The notes under the pieces are model-generated. The model searched no databases. It was not told the origin of the DNA and worked only from the letters and a program-made list of their open reading frames with translations. The translations under genes were made by a program, and so were the position numbers. DNA of 61,895 bases, filler included, from Stramenopiles sp. TOSAG23-3 (Eukaryota): the NCBI GenBank assembly GCA_900128585.1. It is 5 parts of 5 records of this genome, joined end to end, with 100 filler letters (N's around TTAATTAATTAA, not from the genome) between each part and the next. Parts side by side here need not be neighbours in the genome. Positions count along the whole stretch, not along the records: positions 1 to 27,615 come from LT642258.1; 4 more parts are not named here. One strand, given 5' to 3'. Below, piece after piece: positions 1 to 9,993 of the stretch; position 1 is the stretch's first letter; the number at the start of each line of letters is the position of its first letter.

Positions 1-2
1 AT

Positions 3-599
3 GCGACCCTTGAATCAAATTTGAAACATATTATGCACGAGGACACCGTGGCAAGGTGCGTAGATTGTGCAAACAAGCAACTGAGGTCAGCAGGTCGCAA
101 ATTGTTGTCTCAGGGGCCAGTATACGGCCACTCAGTAGCGGAGATGAACAAGTTTGTCGGGAACCCTCTTGGCGATATAGACAATAGCGAATCGTTCCAC
201 CAAAGGGACGAAAACGGGGACGACAAAACCCATGAATTAGAAAATATATTATTACACAGCACAAGAACGCCAATGAAAGGCGATGACATTCCAATCCCGT
301 CGCGCCCGATGGCCATGGCAAAAAAATTCAACATAGGGTTTGGGTCGACGGTACTTTCCTCTTCCCAGAAAGACGGGGCAGAGCCGTTGAGCCCAGACGG
401 AGAGCCACGTCAGTTTCATGGCAACGATGTTGCTGAAACTCACCTGACCTGTTTGCTGCGCTGTAATAGAAACAAAGCAGAAATGTTGAACAATGGATAC
501 AAGAGCACCACGTTAGATGATGATTTTGCTTTGTGTTTGCAAAACTGTGTGAAAGTGGCGAAAGATTTGTACCCCATTGTTGATAATAGGAAACCGTAA
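3..599 (+). CDS. Hypothetical protein, 5'-truncated at contig edge
   Basis: Frame is open from position 3 to TAA at 597-599; coding-like GC content drops to AT-rich after the stop. No motif recognised. Confidence 0.6.
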   Translation, partial: ATLESNLKHIMHEDTVARCVDCANKQLRSAGRKLLSQGPVYGHSVAEMNKFVGNPLGDIDNSESFHQRDENGDDKTHELENILLHSTRTPMKGDDIPIPSRPMAMAKKFNIGFGSTVLSSSQKDGAEPLSPDGEPRQFHGNDVAETHLTCLLRCNRNKAEMLNNGYKSTTLDDDFALCLQNCVKVAKDLYPIVDNRKP

Positions 600-1077
600 G
601 AAGATAGAAAAACTTTTTGATTACAATACACATCGCCTATGAGATAAACACTAAACTACATAAAGTGTGAAATATACTCATTATTTGTTTCCTATATAAT
701 AATATTATATAACTAGACGACTATATGAAAAGAACGAGGAGGCCGACCTTTTACTCAAATCGAGAAGAACAAGGGGGGGGGGAGGAAGGAACGAAGGAAT
801 CTATTAAATATAATACCGATAATAGCATTGTAAACAGTGAGTAGCAGTTTGAGTCTCTTGAAGCGATAGGCGATGGTACGGTCCTATAATATATTAATCG
901 ATCTATTTGAATAATTAAAAATATATCATTAAAACCTTCAGACGATTGGATGTCATAGGGTGCACGTATGATTGGTTTTAACGTGATGACAAATTGAATT
1001 GAAAGAGAAATAGACCGGAAACACGCCCGTTTCTTTAGCCAACAAACTTGTAAAACTATAACAAGTGCTTGCCCAAG

Positions 1078-3711
1078 ATGTTGAGCAAGTTACTCCTCTT
1101 CTTATTAAGCGTTAGCGTCGCGGTTTGTGCCTCGTCCCAGGACGCTTATGGAACGAAGAAATCGTTAAAGGCTCTCCTCGGCGAGGGGGCCGGGGCATGT
1201 TATAATGGGTGGATTGGAGATAAGGTGTGTGATAAGGCATGCAACAACAAGGCAAGTGCATTCGATGGCGGAGACTGCAATGCCTTGCGGTTTAAGTCAA
1301 TGGAAGGCGAAGAAGACTCTATTGAGGTCTCATTGAAAGGTTTTGAAGTTGTTTATGGCAAGCACACCACAATAAACTATAAGTTAAATAGCATCGGCCC
1401 AACGGTACGCCGGGGAGAAAAGCTTGTGTTGAAGTGCAAAGCTGATAACTCAGACTGCGAAGGGAAAAGATCGTTAACGTTGTTGCCTATGGATAAATAC
1501 AACGAAGAAACCTCCGAAGGCAAAATGTCGCTTGACATGAAAGAGGTGGGTGGAAATTACGAAATCGCCATCCCCGACACGGGGCCCGTTGGTGTTCTGT
1601 TTGCAAAGGTTGACGGGCAGGACGTGGGCAAGGTAGTTGTTCTTTTTAACCCTTACAAACAGGGTAGCCCTGTATATTTAGAAAACGAAAAAAAAAGGAA
1701 CGAGTACGTCGAAAACGGAAAGGGTCTTCTTTACTACGGCAACGCGGGAAACGAAGGCCCCAACAAGTATGATAAAATTGGTCAAATGGACTGGGTGTAC
1801 GCCCAGGACGACAAAAACGTGCAGAAAGTTGTTCTTTCACTGCTTTCTTTGTTGGACCCTGCGGATCGGCATGACCCACGCCTGGTAGGTCGCCACTTTA
1901 CGAGAGTGCTGGCGAGTAATTTTTTTGAAGACGTTGGGGAGAAAGTTGTTGTCGGTGTCCTTGAGGGGCGCTGGGATGGAGAGTACGGAGACGGCGAGAA
2001 GCCAACCAGTTGGTCAGGAACTAGGGCAATATTTACCGACTACTTGAAGGGCAACATGAAGGCTTCGGTCAAGTATGGGCAGTGCTGGGTATTTGCTGCA
2101 ATCTTGACATCGTCGCTCAGGTACCTTGGAATCCCTACCCGTCCTTTATCAAACTTTCGATCCGCCCATGACACCCCCGTGAAAAATAGTAGAAGAAGTA
2201 GGGCCCATTATGACCGTGTCATTACTGCAAAAAAAGAAAGTATTTGGAATTTTCATGTGTGGGTAGATGCGTGGATGAAGCGAGACGACATCACGCCCAC
2301 GACGGGGTACGGATGGAATGCCCTGGACGCGACTCCGCAAGAGGAAAGTTATGGGCACTACCAAATGGGACCAGCGTTTGTTCCATACATTAAGAGGAAC
2401 AGACACATCGAAAACAAAGCGAATTACGACGCGGAATTCGTCCTAGGAGAAGTTAACGCCGTACACCGTTACCCAAAGCGCGACGATCGCGTTGATGTTG
2501 GCCGTGCTATTCTTACCAAGAAGGTTTTGTCCACGGGTTCAGATGATCTTGTTGATATGTACAAAATGTGCCCTTCTGGGTTCTATATAGTAATAAAGGG
2601 AAAGTGTGGTTTCTTGATCTCCGGGGGGAAGTTTGCAGTGACCAAGGAAGCAGTAAACAGTGGGAGCGTCCCGCTTTTGGACTACCGTGGCTCTTCAGTA
2701 AAACCTTTGCATCTTCTTTCGAAAACGAAGGTAACCGTTCTGGATAGTAATGGCCAAGAGGTTGATGTCTACATGAAAGAATTGAGCTTGATGACCAGTG
2801 GCGGTGATCGGCCGTTGCTTTTGGAAATTTCCAACGATGACGAAAAAGAAAACCGATCAGAGCAAGAAACAGGCGGGTTGAAGAAAGGCATCAAACTCCT
2901 GGTCGGAAAGGTGAAACACAAAGTCAGGAAAGGAATAAAGAAACTGAAGTTGAGGAAGGGCGCCTCTTGGGCTGTATCTCATGCTAATGTAGGTTACAAC
3001 GGACTCAGCGACTTGTTCTCCAGGAGGCACAGACATTGGCAACGTGCAGGCATCTGCAAAGGCTGCTTTTCAATTGTACAACAAACAAAAGGCCCTCTCT
3101 ACGTCAACAAGCCAGTTGCCATTCAAATTCAGAGGGGTAGTAATGGTATTGGGAAAGGGAAAACTTTCAAAGCCGTTGTAAAATTTGAAATTGTGTCCAA
3201 CAATGGGCAAAATATAGAAGGCAAAAGCTTCCACGAGATGCAAATCGACCTCTCGCCAGACGAAGAGTTCACAAACGTGATCTTGGAACCGTCTGTTTTT
3301 CACAAACATATTAGCAAAGCCCTCACCCTTAGAGTTACGATGCGCTCTGCAACCCAGGACAAGAAACTAGTCGACTTTGACCAGGAACTTTTCCAGCTTC
3401 GAATTCCTACATTTGACGTTAAAGTTGTGCCGTCTGAAGAGGGCAAGAAATCGATGAAGTTGACTGTTTCCTTTTCGAACCCTTTGACCATTTCTTTGAC
3501 AGGAATTACCGTGTACGTTGACGATGAAGTTGGAGATAGAAAAGTAGGGGGCGATTCCAAAACAATCGGGGCCGGCGAGTCGGTGCCTGTTGATATTCTC
3601 GTGCCGTCCAAGCCTCACGGCAAGCATTGCGCAATACTGTCGCTTGAATGTGACCAAATTTTCGGTCTGGGTTGGGAGAAAGAAGTGTGCTGGGGATCAG
3701 ACAGCGTGTAA
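1078..3711 (+). CDS. Secreted animal-type (factor XIIIa/TGM-like) protein-glutamine gamma-glutamyltransferase with N-terminal LNR/Notch-like module
   Basis: Signal peptide MLSKLLLFLLSVSVAVCA; LNR-like CYNGWIGDKVCDKACNNKASAFDGGDC; catalytic triad motifs YGQCWVFAA, WNFHVW, WNALDATPQE; NFRSAHD; C-terminal beta-barrel-like VSFSNPLTISL. First ATG at 1078. Confidence 0.92.
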   Translation: MLSKLLLFLLSVSVAVCASSQDAYGTKKSLKALLGEGAGACYNGWIGDKVCDKACNNKASAFDGGDCNALRFKSMEGEEDSIEVSLKGFEVVYGKHTTINYKLNSIGPTVRRGEKLVLKCKADNSDCEGKRSLTLLPMDKYNEETSEGKMSLDMKEVGGNYEIAIPDTGPVGVLFAKVDGQDVGKVVVLFNPYKQGSPVYLENEKKRNEYVENGKGLLYYGNAGNEGPNKYDKIGQMDWVYAQDDKNVQKVVLSLLSLLDPADRHDPRLVGRHFTRVLASNFFEDVGEKVVVGVLEGRWDGEYGDGEKPTSWSGTRAIFTDYLKGNMKASVKYGQCWVFAAILTSSLRYLGIPTRPLSNFRSAHDTPVKNSRRSRAHYDRVITAKKESIWNFHVWVDAWMKRDDITPTTGYGWNALDATPQEESYGHYQMGPAFVPYIKRNRHIENKANYDAEFVLGEVNAVHRYPKRDDRVDVGRAILTKKVLSTGSDDLVDMYKMCPSGFYIVIKGKCGFLISGGKFAVTKEAVNSGSVPLLDYRGSSVKPLHLLSKTKVTVLDSNGQEVDVYMKELSLMTSGGDRPLLLEISNDDEKENRSEQETGGLKKGIKLLVGKVKHKVRKGIKKLKLRKGASWAVSHANVGYNGLSDLFSRRHRHWQRAGICKGCFSIVQQTKGPLYVNKPVAIQIQRGSNGIGKGKTFKAVVKFEIVSNNGQNIEGKSFHEMQIDLSPDEEFTNVILEPSVFHKHISKALTLRVTMRSATQDKKLVDFDQELFQLRIPTFDVKVVPSEEGKKSMKLTVSFSNPLTISLTGITVYVDDEVGDRKVGGDSKTIGAGESVPVDILVPSKPHGKHCAILSLECDQIFGLGWEKEVCWGSDSV

Positions 3712-3814
3712 ATTTATGACTGTAATATATAATATTTAATTTTTTTGGTAAATTTGTGAGAGGTTTATTTATGAATTCAAAACCCAGAGAGGCAAACAAA
3801 CTTAGGGTCAGATT

Positions 3815-5017
3815 TCACAGCGAGTCCAAAAAATTATCTTTGCCCCTAGCACCCGAGTCTACGTGCACTACGGGCGAACACATCTTCTCTATAATTTCTT
3901 CCGCTATCGCTTTAGACATACCACTCTCTCTACTCATGTGCCAGCCAGCACCCTTTTCCCAAAATTCTCTAGTACCCCTTCTTGGGTGTTTCAGAACCAT
4001 TGAGTGGACGTCTATTAAGGCCGTTCGGTACTTCATTGCAACCTTTCGTATTCGTTGGTTCAACTCCGTTGTTGCAGACTGTAAAGATTTCCAATCATGG
4101 CCATAAACTCTTGTGCTATCTTTAACGATATGGTGCCCTTCTGGCGATTGGGTCAACAAAATAACATCCCATGGGTTAATCTTGTTCTCTTCCATTTCCT
4201 TGCTTCTTTCAACCAAATGTTTTACAGCACGGTCCAGGGACATCTCAAAAGCGGATGGGCTGTTGCCCCACGTTGCATCCCACGCCCCCACTTGAACTAC
4301 TATTTTACTGTAGGCGTTTTTGTTAATAAAGTCCAGTTTATGTAGTAATCTTCTAGGAGCTTGTGGGAGATCACAAAACGGGTGAGTTTTTATATCTTCC
4401 GAGGCCGTTCCATGGCCACGCTCGTTAGAAGCGGGAGAAATGAAATTCCAGCGATGAAAATCCAAGGTGTGCGGCGAGAATACGGAATTTACTTGAGGAA
4501 CCCCATGTTGACACTTCGAGGCTTTCTCGTGCACCACATTCGAAAATTCATTCCAAATCAGCCCTAATGTACTCACTCCTAAAAACAAAACCCCTAGTTT
4601 GTCCTGGTTTCTATGATGCGCCAATTGGTCAAAACATGCCCTGATCGAGTTTCGCGAAGGTTTAGCTATTTCCCCGGAATGTTCTATTTTGTATGCTTCA
4701 GATTTGTAACATGACGGCATACAAATGCATTCTACATTTGGTTTCACGCCACAATCTAATTTTGTCGTGTTTGTGTTAAATATAACGATCCCATTCATGT
4801 GAAGGCACCCTTTTGGAAAGAAAGGCCAATTTTGAGGGCCCCAAAAATTTAGATTTTTTTCTTTAAGTCTATGTTTTAATACCCCAATTTTTATACCTCT
4901 TTCAAAGCAGGCATCAGAAGTCGTTACTATATGCTTGCATTGCCCGAGAATCCTCCTGTTCTGAACTCGTTCACTACACAAACGAAAGTCAATGATGATG
5001 AATGAATAATTGTACAA
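3815..5017 (-). CDS. SGNH/PC-esterase-like hydrolase with N-terminal Cys-rich module; start uncertain
   Basis: Block-like motifs VLFLGVST (GDS variant), VQVGAWD, GWH near C-terminus; Cys module C..IVTTSDAC..PKGC..FN..C..CIC. ORF begins at TTG, with no upstream in-frame ATG. Confidence 0.55.
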   Translation of the reverse strand: MYNYSFIIIDFRLCSERVQNRRILGQCKHIVTTSDACFERGIKIGVLKHRLKEKNLNFWGPQNWPFFPKGCLHMNGIVIFNTNTTKLDCGVKPNVECICMPSCYKSEAYKIEHSGEIAKPSRNSIRACFDQLAHHRNQDKLGVLFLGVSTLGLIWNEFSNVVHEKASKCQHGVPQVNSVFSPHTLDFHRWNFISPASNERGHGTASEDIKTHPFCDLPQAPRRLLHKLDFINKNAYSKIVVQVGAWDATWGNSPSAFEMSLDRAVKHLVERSKEMEENKINPWDVILLTQSPEGHHIVKDSTRVYGHDWKSLQSATTELNQRIRKVAMKYRTALIDVHSMVLKHPRRGTREFWEKGAGWHMSRESGMSKAIAEEIIEKMCSPVVHVDSGARGKDNFLDSL

Positions 5018-5176
5018 TTGTATTCGTAGGAAGGAATGTCATTCGTTTGTATTTTTAAAAAAGGAAAGAAGTTTTGTAGTCCGAGACTTTTCCATATCCT
5101 TTTCAGCGTGCAGCGTTTGTCTGTGAGAATAAACAGCAACATCTGAAATAATTATTTATTGACGAATCAAGGTGCA

Positions 5177-7915
5177 ATGTACAGTAACCAAGAGGATTTT
5201 TCGCCGTCGGTCGAAGATCGCATGCCACTTGTTCAGTACAGGGGCGATACCGAAACCGAAATTGAGCAAAGCATCATTCGATTGTTCAACATAATAAAAC
5301 CGAATCATTGCGGATTTATCTCAAAGCACGACATTTTAAGAGCCGTCCAGCTAGATGAAAAGGCACGATCTATGATACTCGCACATCCACATTTGCAGGT
5401 CCTGGGTAAGCCAAAGCTGTACTTGCAGGCCTTTAAAGAAATGGACGCGGACAGGAACCATAAAATTTCGATCGAAGAGTTCACTACGTTCGTATTAGTA
5501 GCCAAAGAGACTTATTTGATGGATCTTCATAAAAATCCACAAAAACCAAACTGCAACACGTCAGAACTGCACGAACTTTTGAATGAGGTGTTTGAAATAA
5601 TCGATGCCAACCACGATGGTTCGCTTTCGAAGGATGAGTTGCTAAAGGCAGTTTCCCATAACCATGCCGTCCGGTCAATTCTTCTGGACAAGGAAACATT
5701 TTGGCCTCTTTGCCAGCCAAACCTAGTAAAAAAAATATTTATGGCTATGTCCACAAAGTGCCTGGGAAAAGTGTCACGAGACGAGTTCATCTCATTTTGC
5801 ATGATAATTGGGAACAGTAGCACGCATCAAAGATCCCTGAGCGACAACCCCCTGCCTGATTTGGATCACTTTTCGTTAGGGTCCCAAATAGATGAAGAAG
5901 AGGTCGATGGAGAAGAAGACCACGAGCTAGAGCAGTTTCTCCAGAACCTGACAATCGCAAATCGAGAGGAGGCGATAGAAATCCAAAAAAAAGTCTTATC
6001 GGAGAAGGGCTATTTGGAAAAAAGGCTAAAGAACAAAGTTCGAAATATCCCAGAAATCGTCGAAAACGCCTTGGATAAAGATGCGGTAACAGAATTAAAA
6101 GCGTACACCAAGCCCCCCGCCTACGTGAAATTGGCGATAGAGCCGGTGTGTATCCTTTTTGGTAGGCGGCCGAATTGGAAGAGCGCACGTGGCCTTCTCT
6201 GCCGACCATCTTTCTTGCGGGACCTCAGGTCCTTGAAAGTTTCAAGCCTTTCCGAGAAAACTATGGAGCGCGTATCGCGCTATACCCTACACCCAGAGTT
6301 TGATCCCGCCCTTATGGAATCCGTTTCTTACGCAGCTGCAAATTTATGCTTCTGGGTTCACGCAATTTATGAATATTTCAACGTATCGCTATCGTTGCGA
6401 TCGTTGCAAAAAAAGTTGAAGAGGGTAGAAGAAGAACTGGAAATAGTGCAGAAATTTATAAAGCAGCAAGAGAAGAGCGATGCCAAAGACAACGGAACAG
6501 ACAACGAGCACGAATTCGAGAATTTTTCAATGCATTTTGTCAATCAATTTAACCAAACCTTTCGCGAAGCGCATGAGCAGAGAGAAATGAAAAAGGTGTT
6601 AAAGGAGGCAAGCATGTCGGATTTGAGTTCGGTAATGTCGGCTTCGTCCATGTTAAAAAAACAACCGTTTCCATTGCATCCAATTGACTGGCAAGGGTCT
6701 CCTTCCAGCTTCAAAGGCTTTACGTTTTCCGCGTCGGCAAACAACATGTTAATAAACTCGCAGGATATTCCCAGGGACCCTCCGCCGCTGCCCCCGCAGT
6801 ATGAAAAGAGCGCTTTGTTTCCCAGGGCAAGAACTGCTAGGCGTTCGAGGGGGGGAGGGGGGAGCTTGCCATCGCTTAGCATCACTCCTGTCCGACGACC
6901 AAACACTGCTCCTACGGGAGAGTTCGCGGGCTACCAAGGGGGACGATTTCTGTCGGGCAGGCCAGAATGGATCGGAAGCCCATCAACCTTTCGAGAGCTC
7001 ACATTTAGCAGCACAGCAAATCGAGTAATCGTAAACAAACAATCGATTCCATCGGAAACTCCACCAGTGCCTGGTTACACACGTCGCCCACAGTCATCTC
7101 CTGGGCACGGACTGGATGCATCCATTTCCCAACTCACAGTTTCCTCCCGGCGTTCTCTGCAATCCAGTCGATCTGAGATAAAACCGATGAACAAGGCCCA
7201 AGCGAAACTATCCAGAACACTTGGGTTGTACCACAAAACCATTGTACACGACAAAGCGTGGCAAGGGTCGCCATCAAGCCAACTCCCTTTTACGTTCAGT
7301 CGCACCTCCAACAAGCACTTTAAAAACAAGCAGCTATGGCCCCAATACGATGCCACTAGGGTCAAAGGTATCTCCTTCACCAGTACAAAATCGTTCAAAA
7401 AGTTTCACAGGCAACAAAAACGAAGAGAGCAGATGGAAAGAAGCAGTATTGTAAAGGTAAGGCAAAAGGCAATGCAGAAAAAAAACAAAGGCCCTAAGCT
7501 GGGGAAAAAATATCTTTCCGAAACCGAATTTGTTTTGGAAGATTTCTTAGGGAATGACGGTATAAAACACCTGTCATCGTTTATTCAGAAACTGTTCAAC
7601 GCATGGAAATTGAATCGAACGCGTTTTGATTCCCTGACATCCAACTGTCGTGGTTTTGACAAAAAAAAAACTGGACTTTTGTCTTCGAGTGACTTGAAAG
7701 CCGCCCTACAGAATAGTGGAATCGATGCAAACGGCGAGGAGATATTGCTTTTGGCCAGTGTTGCGTCCGCGAAAAGCGACAAGAAGGATAGAGATGTTTT
7801 CAAAAGCAATTCTTTGAAGCCCATCGAGTACGATGGCGTCTTGAGCATAATTTTTTCGTGGGTAGTTCAACAAAACTCCAAGAAAAAGTTCAGGGAAGAA
7901 GTAGTGACTCTTTAG
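5177..7915 (+). CDS. EF-hand protein with dynein heavy-chain stalk/microtubule-binding domain and three WxGSPS repeats
   Basis: EF loops DADRNHKISIEE, DANHDGSLSKDE, DKKKTGLLSSSD; ELKAYTKPP..V..CILFG..W..AR..L...VSYAAANLCFWVHAIYEY matches the dynein stalk MTBD pattern, flanked by coiled coil. Confidence 0.8.
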   Translation: MYSNQEDFSPSVEDRMPLVQYRGDTETEIEQSIIRLFNIIKPNHCGFISKHDILRAVQLDEKARSMILAHPHLQVLGKPKLYLQAFKEMDADRNHKISIEEFTTFVLVAKETYLMDLHKNPQKPNCNTSELHELLNEVFEIIDANHDGSLSKDELLKAVSHNHAVRSILLDKETFWPLCQPNLVKKIFMAMSTKCLGKVSRDEFISFCMIIGNSSTHQRSLSDNPLPDLDHFSLGSQIDEEEVDGEEDHELEQFLQNLTIANREEAIEIQKKVLSEKGYLEKRLKNKVRNIPEIVENALDKDAVTELKAYTKPPAYVKLAIEPVCILFGRRPNWKSARGLLCRPSFLRDLRSLKVSSLSEKTMERVSRYTLHPEFDPALMESVSYAAANLCFWVHAIYEYFNVSLSLRSLQKKLKRVEEELEIVQKFIKQQEKSDAKDNGTDNEHEFENFSMHFVNQFNQTFREAHEQREMKKVLKEASMSDLSSVMSASSMLKKQPFPLHPIDWQGSPSSFKGFTFSASANNMLINSQDIPRDPPPLPPQYEKSALFPRARTARRSRGGGGSLPSLSITPVRRPNTAPTGEFAGYQGGRFLSGRPEWIGSPSTFRELTFSSTANRVIVNKQSIPSETPPVPGYTRRPQSSPGHGLDASISQLTVSSRRSLQSSRSEIKPMNKAQAKLSRTLGLYHKTIVHDKAWQGSPSSQLPFTFSRTSNKHFKNKQLWPQYDATRVKGISFTSTKSFKKFHRQQKRREQMERSSIVKVRQKAMQKKNKGPKLGKKYLSETEFVLEDFLGNDGIKHLSSFIQKLFNAWKLNRTRFDSLTSNCRGFDKKKTGLLSSSDLKAALQNSGIDANGEEILLLASVASAKSDKKDRDVFKSNSLKPIEYDGVLSIIFSWVVQQNSKKKFREEVVTL

Positions 7916-8559
7916 TCGTACTAGGTACGAATTTTGTTATGTTGTATTGTGAAATGGATTTACACAACAGACGACTAATGAAAATTATTATTATAATAAA
8001 TTTTTTTTGGAATAATTAATATAAAGGTAGTAACGGTAGAACAGGGTGAAAAATAATTTTTTATTTTAACAGGTATTAATTAAGAAATGAAGCAATTTTC
8101 CACTACCAAACAGTGCGGCTCTTTGTTCCTAGTTGCTGTGTTCTCCTGATATTTTTTGTTGTTCTTTTTTATTTATTATTTATAATTAGATAATACAAAG
8201 TATTATTATTATTGAAGTAATTTATATTTTTTTTAGCGAAGAAACGAAAGAAGAAGATGATGATGATGATGATGATTTTTTTAGTTGTAGTAGCGCTATG
8301 GTGGTGTGTCTCTACTATATTATTATGAAATAAAAAAAATAAGAAGAAAATTTGTGTTGTTGTTGTTGTTGTTGTTGTGTTTGTTCTTGTTGTTTGATTT
8401 TTGATTTCTTTTTCTTCTTAGTGGTAGCGGCGCTTCCAAACCGTTTTCGACTGAAATTTAGAAGTAGGATAGTGCAAAGAGCCGAAAAAAGACACTCGCT
8501 ATTATAAAACACCATTTTACAGGATATAATTTCACCCCGAAACGTGTCTTTGCCCTAAA

Positions 8560-9993
8560 ATGGACTTCTTCGTATCGTTTTTGGTACAAATCAAACATGA
8601 GTTGCACCAAGCCCTGTTGCTTGACAAAACCATGGATGTTGATGTGGATTTGAGTGAACAGTGTCGAACGCATTTGACTAACGCTCTTTTGCTTATCCGA
8701 AACGTCAGTAGCCTAGAACCTAATTACAATTCAACGTTTTTTGATCTTTCGAAAGCTGTGATAGAAAAACGGCGGGATGAAAAGCTCGAAAACATGTTGG
8801 TGCAGTATCATCGGGCGCGGACGAACTGCTCGACGAAGTATGAGAAAGGAGATTTATCGGTCAAGGCATTCCCGTCAACAAACATGAACAGAGACTACCC
8901 CGGACAGTTCTCTACAATGATTGGTACCACACACAGCCATAGTAATACATCTTACGAATCTATTTTCGAAGGGTCGCTCATAATGCCTGACGCATTCCCC
9001 CACACGGAAGATACGAGCGTGTTTGGCAACGCTGGAGCGCTGGAAGCCATAAAAGATGTACTGCTGCTGCCGAAGATGTTTGCAGGCCATGGCTTCGAAG
9101 GTTCCTCCACGATTAGGCGCTTCCCGAGATCAATTTTGCTTAGTGGCCCCCCGGGCTGTGGAAAAACAACCATTATTCGTGCTGCAGCAAAAGTTGAAGA
9201 CGTTGCATTGCTGCCGATCTACCCATCGAGCATTACTTCGAAATTTATTGGGGACTCGGAAAAGTTTCTGCGGGCTGCTTTTTCTTTCGCTGCCAAGCAG
9301 ACTCCATGCATCTTGTTTTTTGATGAAATCGATTCTTTTTGCTCTCATCGCGGCGCTGCAATGGGCGATAATCCTCACGGGAGTGGAGTTTCAAGCTCTC
9401 GCGGCCTTTTGTCCGAATTTTTGATACTTATGACGGAGGTTTTGGAAATATACCGTGATAGACAAATTTACGTATTCGCAGCAACAAACAGATTGCAAGA
9501 CCTTGACAATGCAATTGTGCGGCGGTTCGAGAGAAGGGTTGTGGTCCCCTTGCCCACGTCAAAAGACCGAAACGATATGATAATGTATTATCTGTCCAAC
9601 ATAAATTCAAATTTATCCCAAGAAGACTATACTTACATATCCAGACAGTGTGAGGGTTGGAATGGTTCAGACATCAAACTTTTGTGTCGAGAAGCGGCCA
9701 TGATTCCTGTCCGAGAAGCAGCATGCGATGGACAATCGCCCCGAAGCGACAACGATGGAGGCACCACAACTTTAGAGGAAACCCGACTCAATGACCCCTT
9801 CCGACCTTTAGAGAGGCGGGACTTTCACGCAGCGTTTCGATCGTTCATTCCTGTTTTATGCGAATCTGCTGTTCCCAAGAAAGAAGAGTCTATGGCACAA
9901 GGTGATGCTACAACAAGCTCCAAGACCGAGAAGCGACCCGAATCCGAAGCGACAGAAGACCCACGAAGGAACGTAAGATACGATGTTCAGTAA
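8560..9993 (+). CDS. AAA+ ATPase, meiotic clade (katanin p60/spastin/fidgetin/Vps4-like)
   Basis: Walker A GPPGCGKT, pore loop SKFIGDSEK, Walker B FFDEID, SRH ATNR..DLD.A..RRFERR, GSDIKLLCREAAM.PVRE. Confidence 0.88.
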   Translation: MDFFVSFLVQIKHELHQALLLDKTMDVDVDLSEQCRTHLTNALLLIRNVSSLEPNYNSTFFDLSKAVIEKRRDEKLENMLVQYHRARTNCSTKYEKGDLSVKAFPSTNMNRDYPGQFSTMIGTTHSHSNTSYESIFEGSLIMPDAFPHTEDTSVFGNAGALEAIKDVLLLPKMFAGHGFEGSSTIRRFPRSILLSGPPGCGKTTIIRAAAKVEDVALLPIYPSSITSKFIGDSEKFLRAAFSFAAKQTPCILFFDEIDSFCSHRGAAMGDNPHGSGVSSSRGLLSEFLILMTEVLEIYRDRQIYVFAATNRLQDLDNAIVRRFERRVVVPLPTSKDRNDMIMYYLSNINSNLSQEDYTYISRQCEGWNGSDIKLLCREAAMIPVREAACDGQSPRSDNDGGTTTLEETRLNDPFRPLERRDFHAAFRSFIPVLCESAVPKKEESMAQGDATTSSKTEKRPESEATEDPRRNVRYDVQ

